Source of the DNA: Candidatus Krumholzibacteriia bacterium
GTDB taxonomy: Bacteria; Krumholzibacteriota; Krumholzibacteriia; JAJRXK01
Assembly (NCBI GenBank): GCA_041484665.1
Contig: JBGPIA010000015.1
Location: 32,001-96,000, forward strand
Direction: 5' to 3'
DNA: 64,000 bases
Position numbers and translations under genes: made by a program. The notes below the pieces were generated by a model that did not search any database, was not told the DNA's origin, and was given only the letters and a program-made list of their open reading frames with translations. Shown one piece after another: positions 28,780-38,493 of the stretch (the stretch's first letter is position 1; each line of letters starts with the position of its first letter).

Positions 28780-29367
28780 ATGCGCCGCTGGGGCAGAGCG
28801 ATCCTCGTCGCACCGTTGCTGGCGCTCTGCGCCTTGCGCGCAGCGCCGGCTGCGGCCCAGCCCCCGTCGAGCAGTATCGGGATCTTCTTCGACCCCACCG
28901 CCACGACCCACACCGCGCAGGTCGTGGTCGGCCAGCCGTTCGATGCCTACGTGATCGCGCTGCAGCCTCTGGGTGGAATCTACGCGTTCGAGCTGGCCGT
29001 GGTGGTCGACCCTCGGCTGAACGTTCTTTCGCGAACCGCAGCGCAGAACAGCGACGACGTCCTCCCCGGCGACGACAACTGGGCCGTGGGGTTGCGCAGC
29101 GAGTGTCTGCTGGGCTTGGGGCCGTTCGTCCTGCTCACCTACAGGCTCGCGGCACGGGAGGCGGCGGCCGACCTCACCCTATGCCTGACCGGCTCGACGC
29201 CCTCCAGCTTCGATCCGGCGGTTCCGGCGCACCTGGACTGCAATCTGTCCGGCCCCTACCCCTTCACGCTCGCGTACACGGGGTGCGCCGCCGTGGGCGC
29301 GACGCCGACGCCTGCCGCCGCCGCGAGCTTGGGCACGATCAAGGCCCGCTACCGCGGCGCTCCTTGA
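28780..29367 (+). CDS. Secreted hypothetical protein with C-terminal SLGTIKARYR tail
   Basis: Signal peptide, IGIFFD beta domain, several Cys, Pro/Thr/Ala linker; GGGAG RBS. Confidence 0.75.
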   Translation: MRRWGRAILVAPLLALCALRAAPAAAQPPSSSIGIFFDPTATTHTAQVVVGQPFDAYVIALQPLGGIYAFELAVVVDPRLNVLSRTAAQNSDDVLPGDDNWAVGLRSECLLGLGPFVLLTYRLAAREAAADLTLCLTGSTPSSFDPAVPAHLDCNLSGPYPFTLAYTGCAAVGATPTPAAAASLGTIKARYRGAP

Positions 29368-29433
29368 GGCCGCTGATCGCCCGCGCTCGGCTGTGGCCGC
29401 GCGACGCGACGAAGCGCGAAGGAGGCCCAGTCT

Positions 29434-30297
29434 GTGACCCTGGGACGGCGGAGCCGATCGGCACGCGCTGTTGTCCGGGCCGCGCCGTCCATCGTGGCCG
29501 CCTGGATCGTGGCCGCCGGGTTGCTCCATGCAGCGCCCGCGCGGGCATCGGCTGCGTCCCCGCCTTCGGCGCATACGGTGGCGGCGCCAAGCGCCGCCGA
29601 TCCGCAGGTCCACGCTGCGTTCGGCCGGCTGCTCGCCCTCTACGCCGTCGACGGCCGCGTGCGCTACGCCGCGTGGGCCGCGAGCCGGCCCGACCGACAG
29701 GCCTTGCACGACTACCTTGCCCGGCTGCAGGCGTTGGATCCGGCGGGGCTGCCGCGCGACGACGCGCTCGCCTACTGGATCGACCTGTACAATGCCGCGA
29801 CGCTGAGCCTGGTGCTGGAGCACTATCCCGTGAGGAGCATCCGCGAGATTGGCGCCTTGGCCGGCTCGCCGTGGAAGAGCGAGCTCGTGCGCGTGGCCGG
29901 CCGCGAGCTGTCCCTCGACGCCATCGAGAACGAGATCCTCCGCCCCGCGTTCCACGATCCACGCGTCCACTTCGCCCTCAACTGCGCGTCGGTCAGCTGC
30001 CCGCCGCTGGCCGGTCAGCCCTTCGTGGGGGCGCGCATCGACGAGCAGCTCGACGGCGCGTGCCGCCGCGCGCTCACCGACCCCCGGTGGACCGATCTGC
30101 GCGTGGACCGCATCCGTGTGACGCCGATCTTCGACTGGTACGCCGCTGACTTCCAGCAAGCCGGCCTTACGGTGCGAGAGTTCATCGCGCGCTACCGTCC
30201 GGCCGACCGCGCGGCGCTGCTCGCGCCCACGCGCCCACTGGAATTCGCCGACTACGACTGGAGCCTCAACGACGCGCCGGCCGGGGCGGCGCGCTAG
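29434..30297 (+). CDS. DUF547 domain secreted protein
   Basis: LAYWIDLYNA, SLDAIENEILR, DPRVHFALNCASVSCPPL, IFDWY..DF, YDWSLN. Confidence 0.9.
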   Translation: MTLGRRSRSARAVVRAAPSIVAAWIVAAGLLHAAPARASAASPPSAHTVAAPSAADPQVHAAFGRLLALYAVDGRVRYAAWAASRPDRQALHDYLARLQALDPAGLPRDDALAYWIDLYNAATLSLVLEHYPVRSIREIGALAGSPWKSELVRVAGRELSLDAIENEILRPAFHDPRVHFALNCASVSCPPLAGQPFVGARIDEQLDGACRRALTDPRWTDLRVDRIRVTPIFDWYAADFQQAGLTVREFIARYRPADRAALLAPTRPLEFADYDWSLNDAPAGAAR

Positions 30298-30496
30298 CCG
30301 CCTCGGCGTCTGCGGCGAGTCGTGGCTGGCGCGGCGCGGTGCCCGGCCCGCTCGGGTGCGGCGCCTGGTCACGACGCCGTGCGCGCCGTTACACTTGCAG
30401 GACCCTCGTCCTCGATCCGGCATGCAATTTGCGGCCTGGCGGGGCGTGCGTCGTTGGATCCCCGTGCGATCGATGTCCCGTTCCCCACCGGTGCCC

Positions 30497-31393
30497 ATGG
30501 ATCGAGAATCCGACGCCGATGTCGGCGCCCGCGCCGCCCGCTCCGGCGACGCGTCGCCATCCCCACCGCCGCGGGCGCATGCCGGCGGCGCGGATGAGCT
30601 CGTCGTGCTGGACCCCGACCACCCAGGGTTCCGCGATCTGGCGTACCGCGCGCGGCGCAATGCCATCGCGCGGCTGGCACTGGAGTACCAGCCGGGCGAC
30701 CCGGTCCCCGCGGTGGAGTACACAGCGGACGAGCTGGAGGTCTGGCGCACCGTCTGGCGGCAGCTCGCGCCGCTGCACGAGCGGACTGCGTGCCACGCGT
30801 ACCGCCAGTGCTCGCTGCGGCTCCCCTTGCCTGGCGACCGCGTTCCGCAGCTGGCCGAGATCAACGCGCGGTTGGGGCCCGCAACCGGATTCACCATGCT
30901 GCCGGTGGCCGGCCTGGTCTCCGCCCGCACGTTCCTGGGCTATCTGGCGCGTGGCATCTTCCTGTCCACGCAATACATGCGACACCACAGCCGGCCGCTC
31001 TACACGCCGGAGCCGGACGTTATCCACGAGCTGGTCGGACACGCCGCGACGCTGATCGATCCCGAGCTCGCGCAGCTCAATCGGCGGTTCGGCGAGGCGA
31101 TGCTGGCGGCCGATGGGACATCTGCCGTGCGCATCGAGCGTGTCTATTGGTTCAGCCTCGAGTTCGGCGTCGTGCAGGAGGCGGGGGGGCTCAAGGCCGT
31201 GGGCGCAGGCCTGCTGTCGTCGTTCGGCGAGTTGGAGCGCTTCGCCTCACAGGCCCGCCTGCTGCCATTCGATCTGGAAGCGATCGCGGCGGCCCCGTAT
31301 GATCCGACCGGCTATCAAGAGCGCCTCTTCGTGGCGCCGGGCTACCACGAGCTGATCGAGTCGGTGGGTCGATGGCTCTTGCAAGCAGGTTGA
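30497..31393 (+). CDS. phhA: Phenylalanine-4-hydroxylase (pterin-dependent aromatic amino acid hydroxylase)
   Basis: LDPDHPGF, PVAGLV, STQYMRH, YTPEPDVIHELVGH (Fe ligands), YWFSLEFG, GAGLLSSFGE. Confidence 0.92.
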   Translation: MDRESDADVGARAARSGDASPSPPPRAHAGGADELVVLDPDHPGFRDLAYRARRNAIARLALEYQPGDPVPAVEYTADELEVWRTVWRQLAPLHERTACHAYRQCSLRLPLPGDRVPQLAEINARLGPATGFTMLPVAGLVSARTFLGYLARGIFLSTQYMRHHSRPLYTPEPDVIHELVGHAATLIDPELAQLNRRFGEAMLAADGTSAVRIERVYWFSLEFGVVQEAGGLKAVGAGLLSSFGELERFASQARLLPFDLEAIAAAPYDPTGYQERLFVAPGYHELIESVGRWLLQAG

Positions 31394-32679
31394 GGGCGGC
31401 GTGGCGCTTTGCGGCGCTGCTGCTCGTCGTAGGGCAGCGCGGCCCGGCGGCATGGGCGCAGCAGCCAGCGTCCGGTCGAAGGCCCATCCTGATCACCGTG
31501 GACGATCTGCCCATCGCCGCCGGCAGCGTTCATCCAGAGCCGGACGATCGCGCGGCCATTACGCGCGGGCTGCTCGCCGCGCTGCAGAAGCACCGCATCC
31601 AGGCCGTGGGGCTGGTCGCCTGGGGCAAGGTGTCGCGCCCGGGTGACCGGGAGCTGCTCACGCAATGGCTGCGCGCCGGGCACGAGCTGGGCAACCACTC
31701 GCACTCGCATCTCGACTACACGCATACGCCCGCAGAGACTTACGTCGCCGACGTCGAGCGGGGCCGCGCGGCGCTCGCGGAGCTGCTCTTTGCCGATGGC
31801 AAGACGCTGCGTTTCTTCCGGTACCCGTTCCTGTGCGAGGGCGACACCGAATCCAAGCTCGACACCATGCGCGCATACCTGGAGCGGACCGGCCAGCGCA
31901 ACCTGCCCGTCAGCATCGACAACCAGGATTGGTCGTTCGAGGAACCGTGGGTGAAGGCCGCTGCCGCGGGCGACGGTGCGGCGCTGGAGGAGATCACCCA
32001 GGACTACGTGGCCGCGCTGCGTATCGCGGTGCGCCACCACGAGAGCCGGGGCGACCACCTCGCCGGGCGGACCCTGCCGCAGATCCTGCTGCTGCACGCG
32101 GGAGCGGTGGGCGCCGCGCACTGGGACAGCTTGTTCACCTGGCTGGAGCGCACGGGTCACCGCTTCGCCAGCGCTGACGAGGTGCTGGCCGACTCGGTCT
32201 TCGCGCGGCCCTGCCGTTACGTGGGCGACTTCGGCTGCGGCCTGTGGGACCGCCTCGCGCACCAGCGCGGCGAGATCCAGGCGCGCGCGGAGGTGGAGAC
32301 ACTACTGCGTCAGCAGGCGGCGGCCTGGAGCCGCGGGGACCTCGATGCGTTCTGCGCGGTGTATGCCCCGGACGCGCTGTTCCTGTCGCCGTCGGGGACA
32401 ACGCGCGGGCGGCAGGCCGTTCTCGAGCGCTACCGCGCGCGCTACCCCGGCAAGGAGGCCATGGGCGCCCTCACGTTGGAGCTGCTCGAGCTGCGCACGG
32501 CCTCCGGGACGGAGTTCACTCTGCTGGGAGATGCGGTGCCCAGCCGCATCCACGGCGCCTCAGCAGCCGCGCGCTGGACCCTGAGCTATCCCGACCGACC
32601 GACCGCGTCGGGGCTGACGCTCCTGGTGTTGCACCGCCGCGATGATGGCTGGGAGATCGTGCAGGACTCTTCGATGTAG
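31372..32679 (+). CDS. Polysaccharide deacetylase (CE4) fused to C-terminal NTF2/SnoaL-like domain
   Basis: ITVDDLP, HELGNHSHSH, FFRYPFL, ILLLH; then AWSRGDLDAF...WEIVQDSS; start uncertain. Confidence 0.82.
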   Translation: MALASRLRAAWRFAALLLVVGQRGPAAWAQQPASGRRPILITVDDLPIAAGSVHPEPDDRAAITRGLLAALQKHRIQAVGLVAWGKVSRPGDRELLTQWLRAGHELGNHSHSHLDYTHTPAETYVADVERGRAALAELLFADGKTLRFFRYPFLCEGDTESKLDTMRAYLERTGQRNLPVSIDNQDWSFEEPWVKAAAAGDGAALEEITQDYVAALRIAVRHHESRGDHLAGRTLPQILLLHAGAVGAAHWDSLFTWLERTGHRFASADEVLADSVFARPCRYVGDFGCGLWDRLAHQRGEIQARAEVETLLRQQAAAWSRGDLDAFCAVYAPDALFLSPSGTTRGRQAVLERYRARYPGKEAMGALTLELLELRTASGTEFTLLGDAVPSRIHGASAAARWTLSYPDRPTASGLTLLVLHRRDDGWEIVQDSSM

Positions 32680-32728
32680 TGCCCGGGCGCTGCTGGCCGA
32701 GCGGCCGAGCGGGCCTAGCCGCGCGGGT

Positions 32729-33100
32729 CTACTGGAAGTCGGCGGCCTCGCGCTCGATCTCCACGGCCACGGTGCGCGCAGCGCGCAATGCCTCCGGCTT
32801 CTCCACGCGCACGCGGACGCGCTGCACGCCGGGCGCGTGCAGGCACAGGCGCGCGATGTCCCCGGCCAGCGCCTCGAGCGTGAAGCGGTGCGCGTGCTGC
32901 ACGTGCGCGGTCACGGTCCGGGCGAGAGCATCATAGTCTGTCGTGTCCGCCAGCGCGTCGCTCGCCCCCGCGGCTCGCTGGTCGCCGTAGAGCATCAAGC
33001 TCACCAGCACGTCCTGCGGATGGATACGCTCCTCCTCGTGCACGCCCACGATGGCGCGCACTCGCAGGTCGCGGATTTCGATGCGATCCTGGGAGGCCAT
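32729..33100 (-). CDS. folB: Dihydroneopterin aldolase/epimerase (FolB/FolX family)
   Basis: DRIEIRDL, IVGVHEEER..PQ, DYD, TLEALA, VEKP. Confidence 0.88.
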   Translation of the reverse strand: MASQDRIEIRDLRVRAIVGVHEEERIHPQDVLVSLMLYGDQRAAGASDALADTTDYDALARTVTAHVQHAHRFTLEALAGDIARLCLHAPGVQRVRVRVEKPEALRAARTVAVEIEREAADFQ

Positions 33101-33318
33101 CACTCCATCCATCCTCGCTCGCGACCGGCCGGATCCTCAACAATCCGCGCGGCGCACCTGCGGCCTGCGACCGGCAGCGCCCAACACGAGTGCCCAGTCT
33201 GGCACGCCGCACAGGGGGCGACAAGCAGCGGGCACGAGCGCGCTGGCCCCCGGGCCGCCGGATCCACTGTACGGGTCGGGGGTAGGCCAAAGCCAAGGTC
33301 ATTGGGGAGGTCGGGGGC

Positions 33319-33390
33319 AGGGTCAGGGTGCGGGTGAGGGCCTGGATCAGGGTGAGGGTGCGGGTGAGGGCTTGGGTCAGGTTGAGGGCC
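33319..33390. repeat. G-rich hexamer tandem repeat (AGGGTG-like, ~12 copies, 30-bp higher-order period)
   Basis: agggtc agggtg cgggtg agggcc tggatc agggtg agggtg cgggtg agggct tgggtc aggttg agggcc. Confidence 0.75.
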
Positions 33391-34435
33391 GCGGTGCGGG
33401 CGCCAGCTCCTGGGGGTAGGGCGACAGCAACAGCTGCCGCTCCAGGTCGCTCTCGTGGAGGTGCGCCGCCCACGCGCGCAGCGTCGCTGCCGGCGCAGAG
33501 CGCGGCACTCGCTCCTGCCGGCACGCCTCCAGCTGCGCCAGGATGCGCGCGCGCTCGGCCACGGGAAGCCGCGCCTCGATCCCGCTGAACGCGCGCTGCA
33601 AGGCGTCGGCCGTGGCCGGCGCGCTCGCCGGGGCGGCCAGCGCAGCCGCCAGCTCGCGCCCGTACGCGATGGTGAGCTCCGCCCGCGGCACACCGTCCGC
33701 CCGCGCCAGCAGCCGCTCCATCGCCCGCAGCCGTCCGCGATCGTAGGCGAACAGCAGCAACTGGGCGCGGGCATGGAACACGGTCAAGCCCTGCAGCGAC
33801 GCTTCGCGAGCGACCGACCCTCGGCCCGCGGCGGACCCTCCATTTGCGGCGGATGCTGCGCCCGTCACCGGCCGTTCATTCACGGCGGCGCGGAAGGCGG
33901 CGAGCGTGAACAGCTTGATCAGGAAGTGATCCGCGTGGACGGGGTCGCCGAGACGCTCTTCGTCCTCGACCGCCAGGCCAGAGAAGCGCGCGAGCACAGC
34001 GCGCGCGAATCGCCCGGGCCCAAAGCGCACGAGCGCGCCTTGGGGCTGGTCGAGGACCTTGGCGTCCGCGATCCCGCACGAGGGCGAGCGGCTCTTGAGC
34101 AGGAAGCCGTCAACTGGCGGCAGCGCGTCCAGCAAAGCGCGTGCGGTGCGCTCCATCGCGTCCGTCAGGTCGCGTCCGGTGGAGGGCTGCACCAGGCGTT
34201 CGCTTCTGGCGCCACCCGCCACGAGCAGGATGGGGTCGCGCGGGATGCCCAGGCCGAGCGCCACCTCCGGGCAGAGTGGCAGGCAGCGCGCGTGCACACG
34301 CAGCCGTCGCACCAACCCGTTTTCGATGCGTTGGCCGTCGTACCGGCAGGCGTCGAATTCCAGACATTGGCTGATCACCAGCGTCGGCGTGGCGCGGGCT
34401 GTCACGGGCGCGCCCGCTTCCCCGAGGGCGTACAC
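33377..34435 (-). CDS. DUF523 (2-thiouracil desulfidase-like) plus DUF1722 protein
   Basis: ISQCL....RYDG, CPEV..GLGIPR, KSRSPSCG, VEDEERL, FH...LL.A; start may be GTG 34405. Confidence 0.85.
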   Translation of the reverse strand: MYALGEAGAPVTARATPTLVISQCLEFDACRYDGQRIENGLVRRLRVHARCLPLCPEVALGLGIPRDPILLVAGGARSERLVQPSTGRDLTDAMERTARALLDALPPVDGFLLKSRSPSCGIADAKVLDQPQGALVRFGPGRFARAVLARFSGLAVEDEERLGDPVHADHFLIKLFTLAAFRAAVNERPVTGAASAANGGSAAGRGSVAREASLQGLTVFHARAQLLLFAYDRGRLRAMERLLARADGVPRAELTIAYGRELAAALAAPASAPATADALQRAFSGIEARLPVAERARILAQLEACRQERVPRSAPAATLRAWAAHLHESDLERQLLLSPYPQELAPAPRPST

Positions 34436-34635
34436 CAGGCCTGGGCGGTCCGTGCGTCACCCACGATCACCTCCGATGGCGCTGCACTGCCCATGCCGAC
34501 CACCTCCTCCGCGCGACAGCCTGCACTTTCCCGTGGCACCGCCCCCCGTACATTGCCTAAGCTCTTGGATTTCAACCGGTTCGCCCCCGCTCCCCACCTG
34601 CAGCCCGGGCTGGAGTGTCCATGACTCACACTAAC

Positions 34636-37600
34636 ATGCGGTCGCATCGCTTCACGCTGCCGATCTGCGCGGGGCGTATCGGGGCGCTCGACTTCGCCGC
34701 CACACCCGCCACGATTGCCATGGTCGCTGTGGTCACCGCGATCTCCGCGATCGCCGCGGCCGCCATGGTCGCTGTGGTCACCGCGATCTCCGCGATCGCC
34801 ATGGCCGTCACCGCCGCTGTCGCGGCCCCTGGCGCCATCGCGGCAAACCCGGCTCCTTGCGTTCCCAGCAGCACTCTCGCCGGCGCGGACGCTGCGGGGT
34901 GGGCCGCCCTCGGCGGTGATGTGCCCGCGCTCGTGCCCGGGGACGACGACGTCGGCGGCTCCGCCCTGCTGGACGACCAGGACAACAGGAGCGGGATCAC
35001 GCAAGAGACCCAGGACGAAGCGAAAGACGAAGACAAGCAGCAGGACGAGGAGAAGAAGGATGACAAGCAGGACGAGAAGAAGGATGAGAAGTGGGACGTC
35101 AACGTGGCCCACGGGCCACACCACACCGTCTGCTTCAGCACGGACGAGGGAACGTGGATGAGCGTGGATGTCTCGCCCGATGGCAAGACGGTGTCTTCGA
35201 TCTGTTGGGCGACCTCCACACCGTGCCCATCACCGGCGGCGCGGCGAAGCGCATCCTCGGCGACCGCGCCTGGGACTACCAGCCACGCTTCTCTCCCGAC
35301 GGGACGAAGATCCTGTTCACCAGCGACCGCGGCGGGACCGACAACATCTGGATCGCCAAGGCCGACGGGAGCGATCCCGAGAAGTTCACCGGGGAGAAGG
35401 ACAAGGTCACAAACTGCGGCGCCTGGAGCCCCGACGGTGACTACATCGTGGCCAAGCGGCGGCTCACCGACCACAGCTCGATCGGCACCACGGAGCTGTG
35501 GCTGTACCACCGCACCGGCGGCAGCGGGCTACAGGTGACGAAGAAGGATGACCTGGCCGAGGTGAGCGAGCCGACCTTCCACCCCGGCGGGCGCTTCATC
35601 GACTTCAGCGCGCGCCCGTCGCGCTTCGCCTACGACCGCGACGCCAACAAGGGTATCTACCAGATCCGTCGGTTCGATCGCCAGACGGGCCAGGTCACCC
35701 AGGTCACCAGCCGCTTCGGGGGCGGAGGCCGCCCCACGATCAGCCCCGACGGGAAGCTGCTGGCGTACGTCTCGCGCGAGGGCTTGGCGACCATCCTGGT
35801 GGTGCAGGACCTCGAGAGCGGCGCCGAGCGCAAGGTCACCGAGGGGCTCACCCACGACCTGCAGGAGAGCTTTGCCTGGGCCGGCGTGCATCCCGGCTTC
35901 GACTGGATGTCGGACGGCAAGTCGGTCGTGATCAGCGCGAAGGGCAAGCTCTGGAAGGTCGAGGTGGCCGGCGGCGGCTGGACGCCGATCCCCTTCACCA
36001 CGACCGTGGAGCTGGAGGTCGAGGAGGCGCTGCGCTTCAAGCCCGACGTGACCGGTGAGACGCTGCGCCTGCGTATCCTGCGCTGGATCCACCAGCCCAC
36101 GCTCGAGGGGCCGATCGTGTTCAGCGCCATCGGGCGCCTGTACGCCACCGGACCGGACGGCTCCCATCCCCACCTCCTGCTCGAGGACGACGACGGCTCG
36201 TTCGAGTACGCCCCACGTTTTTCTCCTGATGGAAAGTGGTTGGCCTACGTCACGTGGAGCGACGCGGACGAGGGGCATGTGTGGAAGGTCAAGATCGGGG
36301 CGGGCGGGGTGGCCGCCGGCAAGCCGGTGCGCCTCACCTCCGTGCCCGGCCAGTACGTCAACCCGAGCTGGTCGCGCGACGGCAAGCGCATCGTGTACCT
36401 GCGCGGCAGCGGCGTGACGCTGCGCGGGGGCGACCTGGGTGACGAGCTCTGGCATGAGATCTACGTCGTGGGCGCCGATGGCGGCACGCGGTTGTACGTC
36501 GTGAGCGTCAACTCGCGCGGCTCGGCGCGGCGCATGCCCGCACCCGTCTTCGACCAGAGCAGCGAGCGCGTCTTCTACCTGGAGGACAGCAGCGAGAAGG
36601 AGAGCAAGTTCGTCTCGGTCAAGCTCGACGGCACCGACAAGCGCGAGCACCTGGTGATTCCCTGCGGGGAGGAGGTGGCCGTCTCCCCCGACGGCAAGTG
36701 GGTGGCCTACAAGCACCTCCATGACGGCTACGTGGCGCCCTTCCCGTTCGCGGGCAAGGAGCCCGTGAATGTCTCCGATTCGGACGGCGGCCTGGTGGCC
36801 AAGCGGCTCACCAAGGAGGGCGCCGACTGGCTCTGCTGGCTCGACGCGCGGACGGTGACCTGGGGCGCGGGGCCCACGTTCTATCGCCAGACCCTCGAGC
36901 AGATCTTCGCCAAGCCGCCCAAGGACGACGAGAAGAAGGACGGCCAGAAGAAGGAAGGTGGAGAGGGCGCGGGCGAGCAGAAGGATGGCAACAACCCGGA
37001 CGGCGAGCAGAAAGACGCTGGCGCCAGCGCCGCCCCACCGGACACCAGCAAGGGCCAGCCGAAGGACCGCGTGAAGGCAGCACCGAAGCCAGATCCCAAT
37101 GCGCCGCAGGAGATCGAGATTCGCCTGCGTGTGCCGCGGGCGAAGCCCACCGGGACCCTGGTGCTCGACGGCGCCCGCCTGGTGACCATGCGCGGCGACG
37201 AGGTGATCGAGACCGGCTGCGTCGTGATCGAAGACAACCGAATCAAGGCGGTCGGCCGCGGCGGCGATATCCCCATCCCGGCCGGGGCAAAAGTGATCGA
37301 CGCCTCGGGTATGACGGCCATGCCCGGCATGTGCGACGTCCACTCGCACATGGGGTACGGCGAGATGGACATCTTTCCGCAGAAAGAGTGGCGTTATTAC
37401 GCCAACCTGGCCTACGGGGTCACGACTACCATGGATCCTTCGGCCAGCACGCATCTGGCGCTGGGCCAGAGCGAGATGGTGGAAGCCGGAGTGGCGAAGG
37501 GACCGCGCGTGTACTCCACCGGATTCACCATGTATGGGGCGGACCAGCCGGGCAAGGCACCCACCAACAGCAAGGAGGACGCCGAGCACCACGTACGCCG

Positions 37601-38390
37601 CATGAAGCGGCTGGGGGCATTCGCAGTGAAGAGCTACATGCAGCCCCGCCGCGAGCAGCGCCAATGGTACATCGAGGCGGCGCGCGCCGAGTCGATGCTG
37701 GTGTTCCCCGAGGGCGGCGGCAACTTCGAGATGAACATGAGCATGATCGTCGACGGCCACACCGGCATCGAGCACGCCGTGCCGGTGACCCCGCTGTACA
37801 ACGACGTCATCCAGATGTGGAGCCAGACCCACGTGGGTTACACGCTGACCTTGCTGGTCGCCTACGGCGGGCTCTCCGGGGAGCACTGGTTCTACCAGCA
37901 TGCGCAGCCCCCCGTCTGGCAGGACGAGAAGCTCTTGCGCTTCACCCCGCGCGCCGTGATCGACAGCCGCTCACGACGCCTGCCCCTGATGGCCTACGAC
38001 GGCGACTGGCATCACATCGAGGTGGCCCAGTCGGCCAAGAAGTTCCTCGATGCCGGCGGAAGCGTGCAGCTGGGCGCCCACGGGCAGCTGCAAGGGCTGG
38101 GGGCCCACTGGGAGCTGTGGAGCATCGGCCAGGGCGGTATCAGCAACCACGAGGCCCTGCGCTGCGCGACGCAGCGTGGTGCCTGGTACACCGGCCTGGG
38201 CGACGAGCTCGGCAGCTTGGAGCCGGGCAAGCTCGCCGACGTGATCGTGATGGCGAAGAACCCGCTCGACGACCTGCACAACAGCACTACGCTGGTGTAC
38301 GTGGTCAAGAACGGCGAGCTGTTCGATGCCAACACGCTGGACGAGCTGTACCCCGTGGCGGTGCACCGCCCCGACTTCTTCTGGCGCTGA
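34636..38390 (+). pseudogene. TolB/PD40 beta-propeller plus amidohydrolase, frameshifted at ~35192 (pseudogene or sequence error)
   Basis: First frame ends DEGTWMSVDVSPDGKTV, second continues VFDLLGDL; many SPDG repeats; PGMCDVHSH, GVTT, GSLEPGKLAD; start uncertain. Confidence 0.8.
34717..34800. repeat. Perfect 39-bp direct duplication (45-bp period)
   Basis: gccatggtcgctgtggtcaccgcgatctccgcgatcgcc at 34717-34755 and 34762-34800. Confidence 0.85.
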
Positions 38391-38493
38391 CGAGTTCTTC
38401 TGGCACGGGCGAGCCGGCCCCCGGGGCGCCCTGCCGTCGCGGGGGCCGAGTCTGGCCACCGCAAGCTTTCCCGCGCCGCGCGCGCCAGGGGGG

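Noticed and set aside
33377..34435. Functional clustering of DUF523 (thiouracil desulfidase-like) with preTA
   Set aside because: About 27 kb apart with unrelated genes between them.
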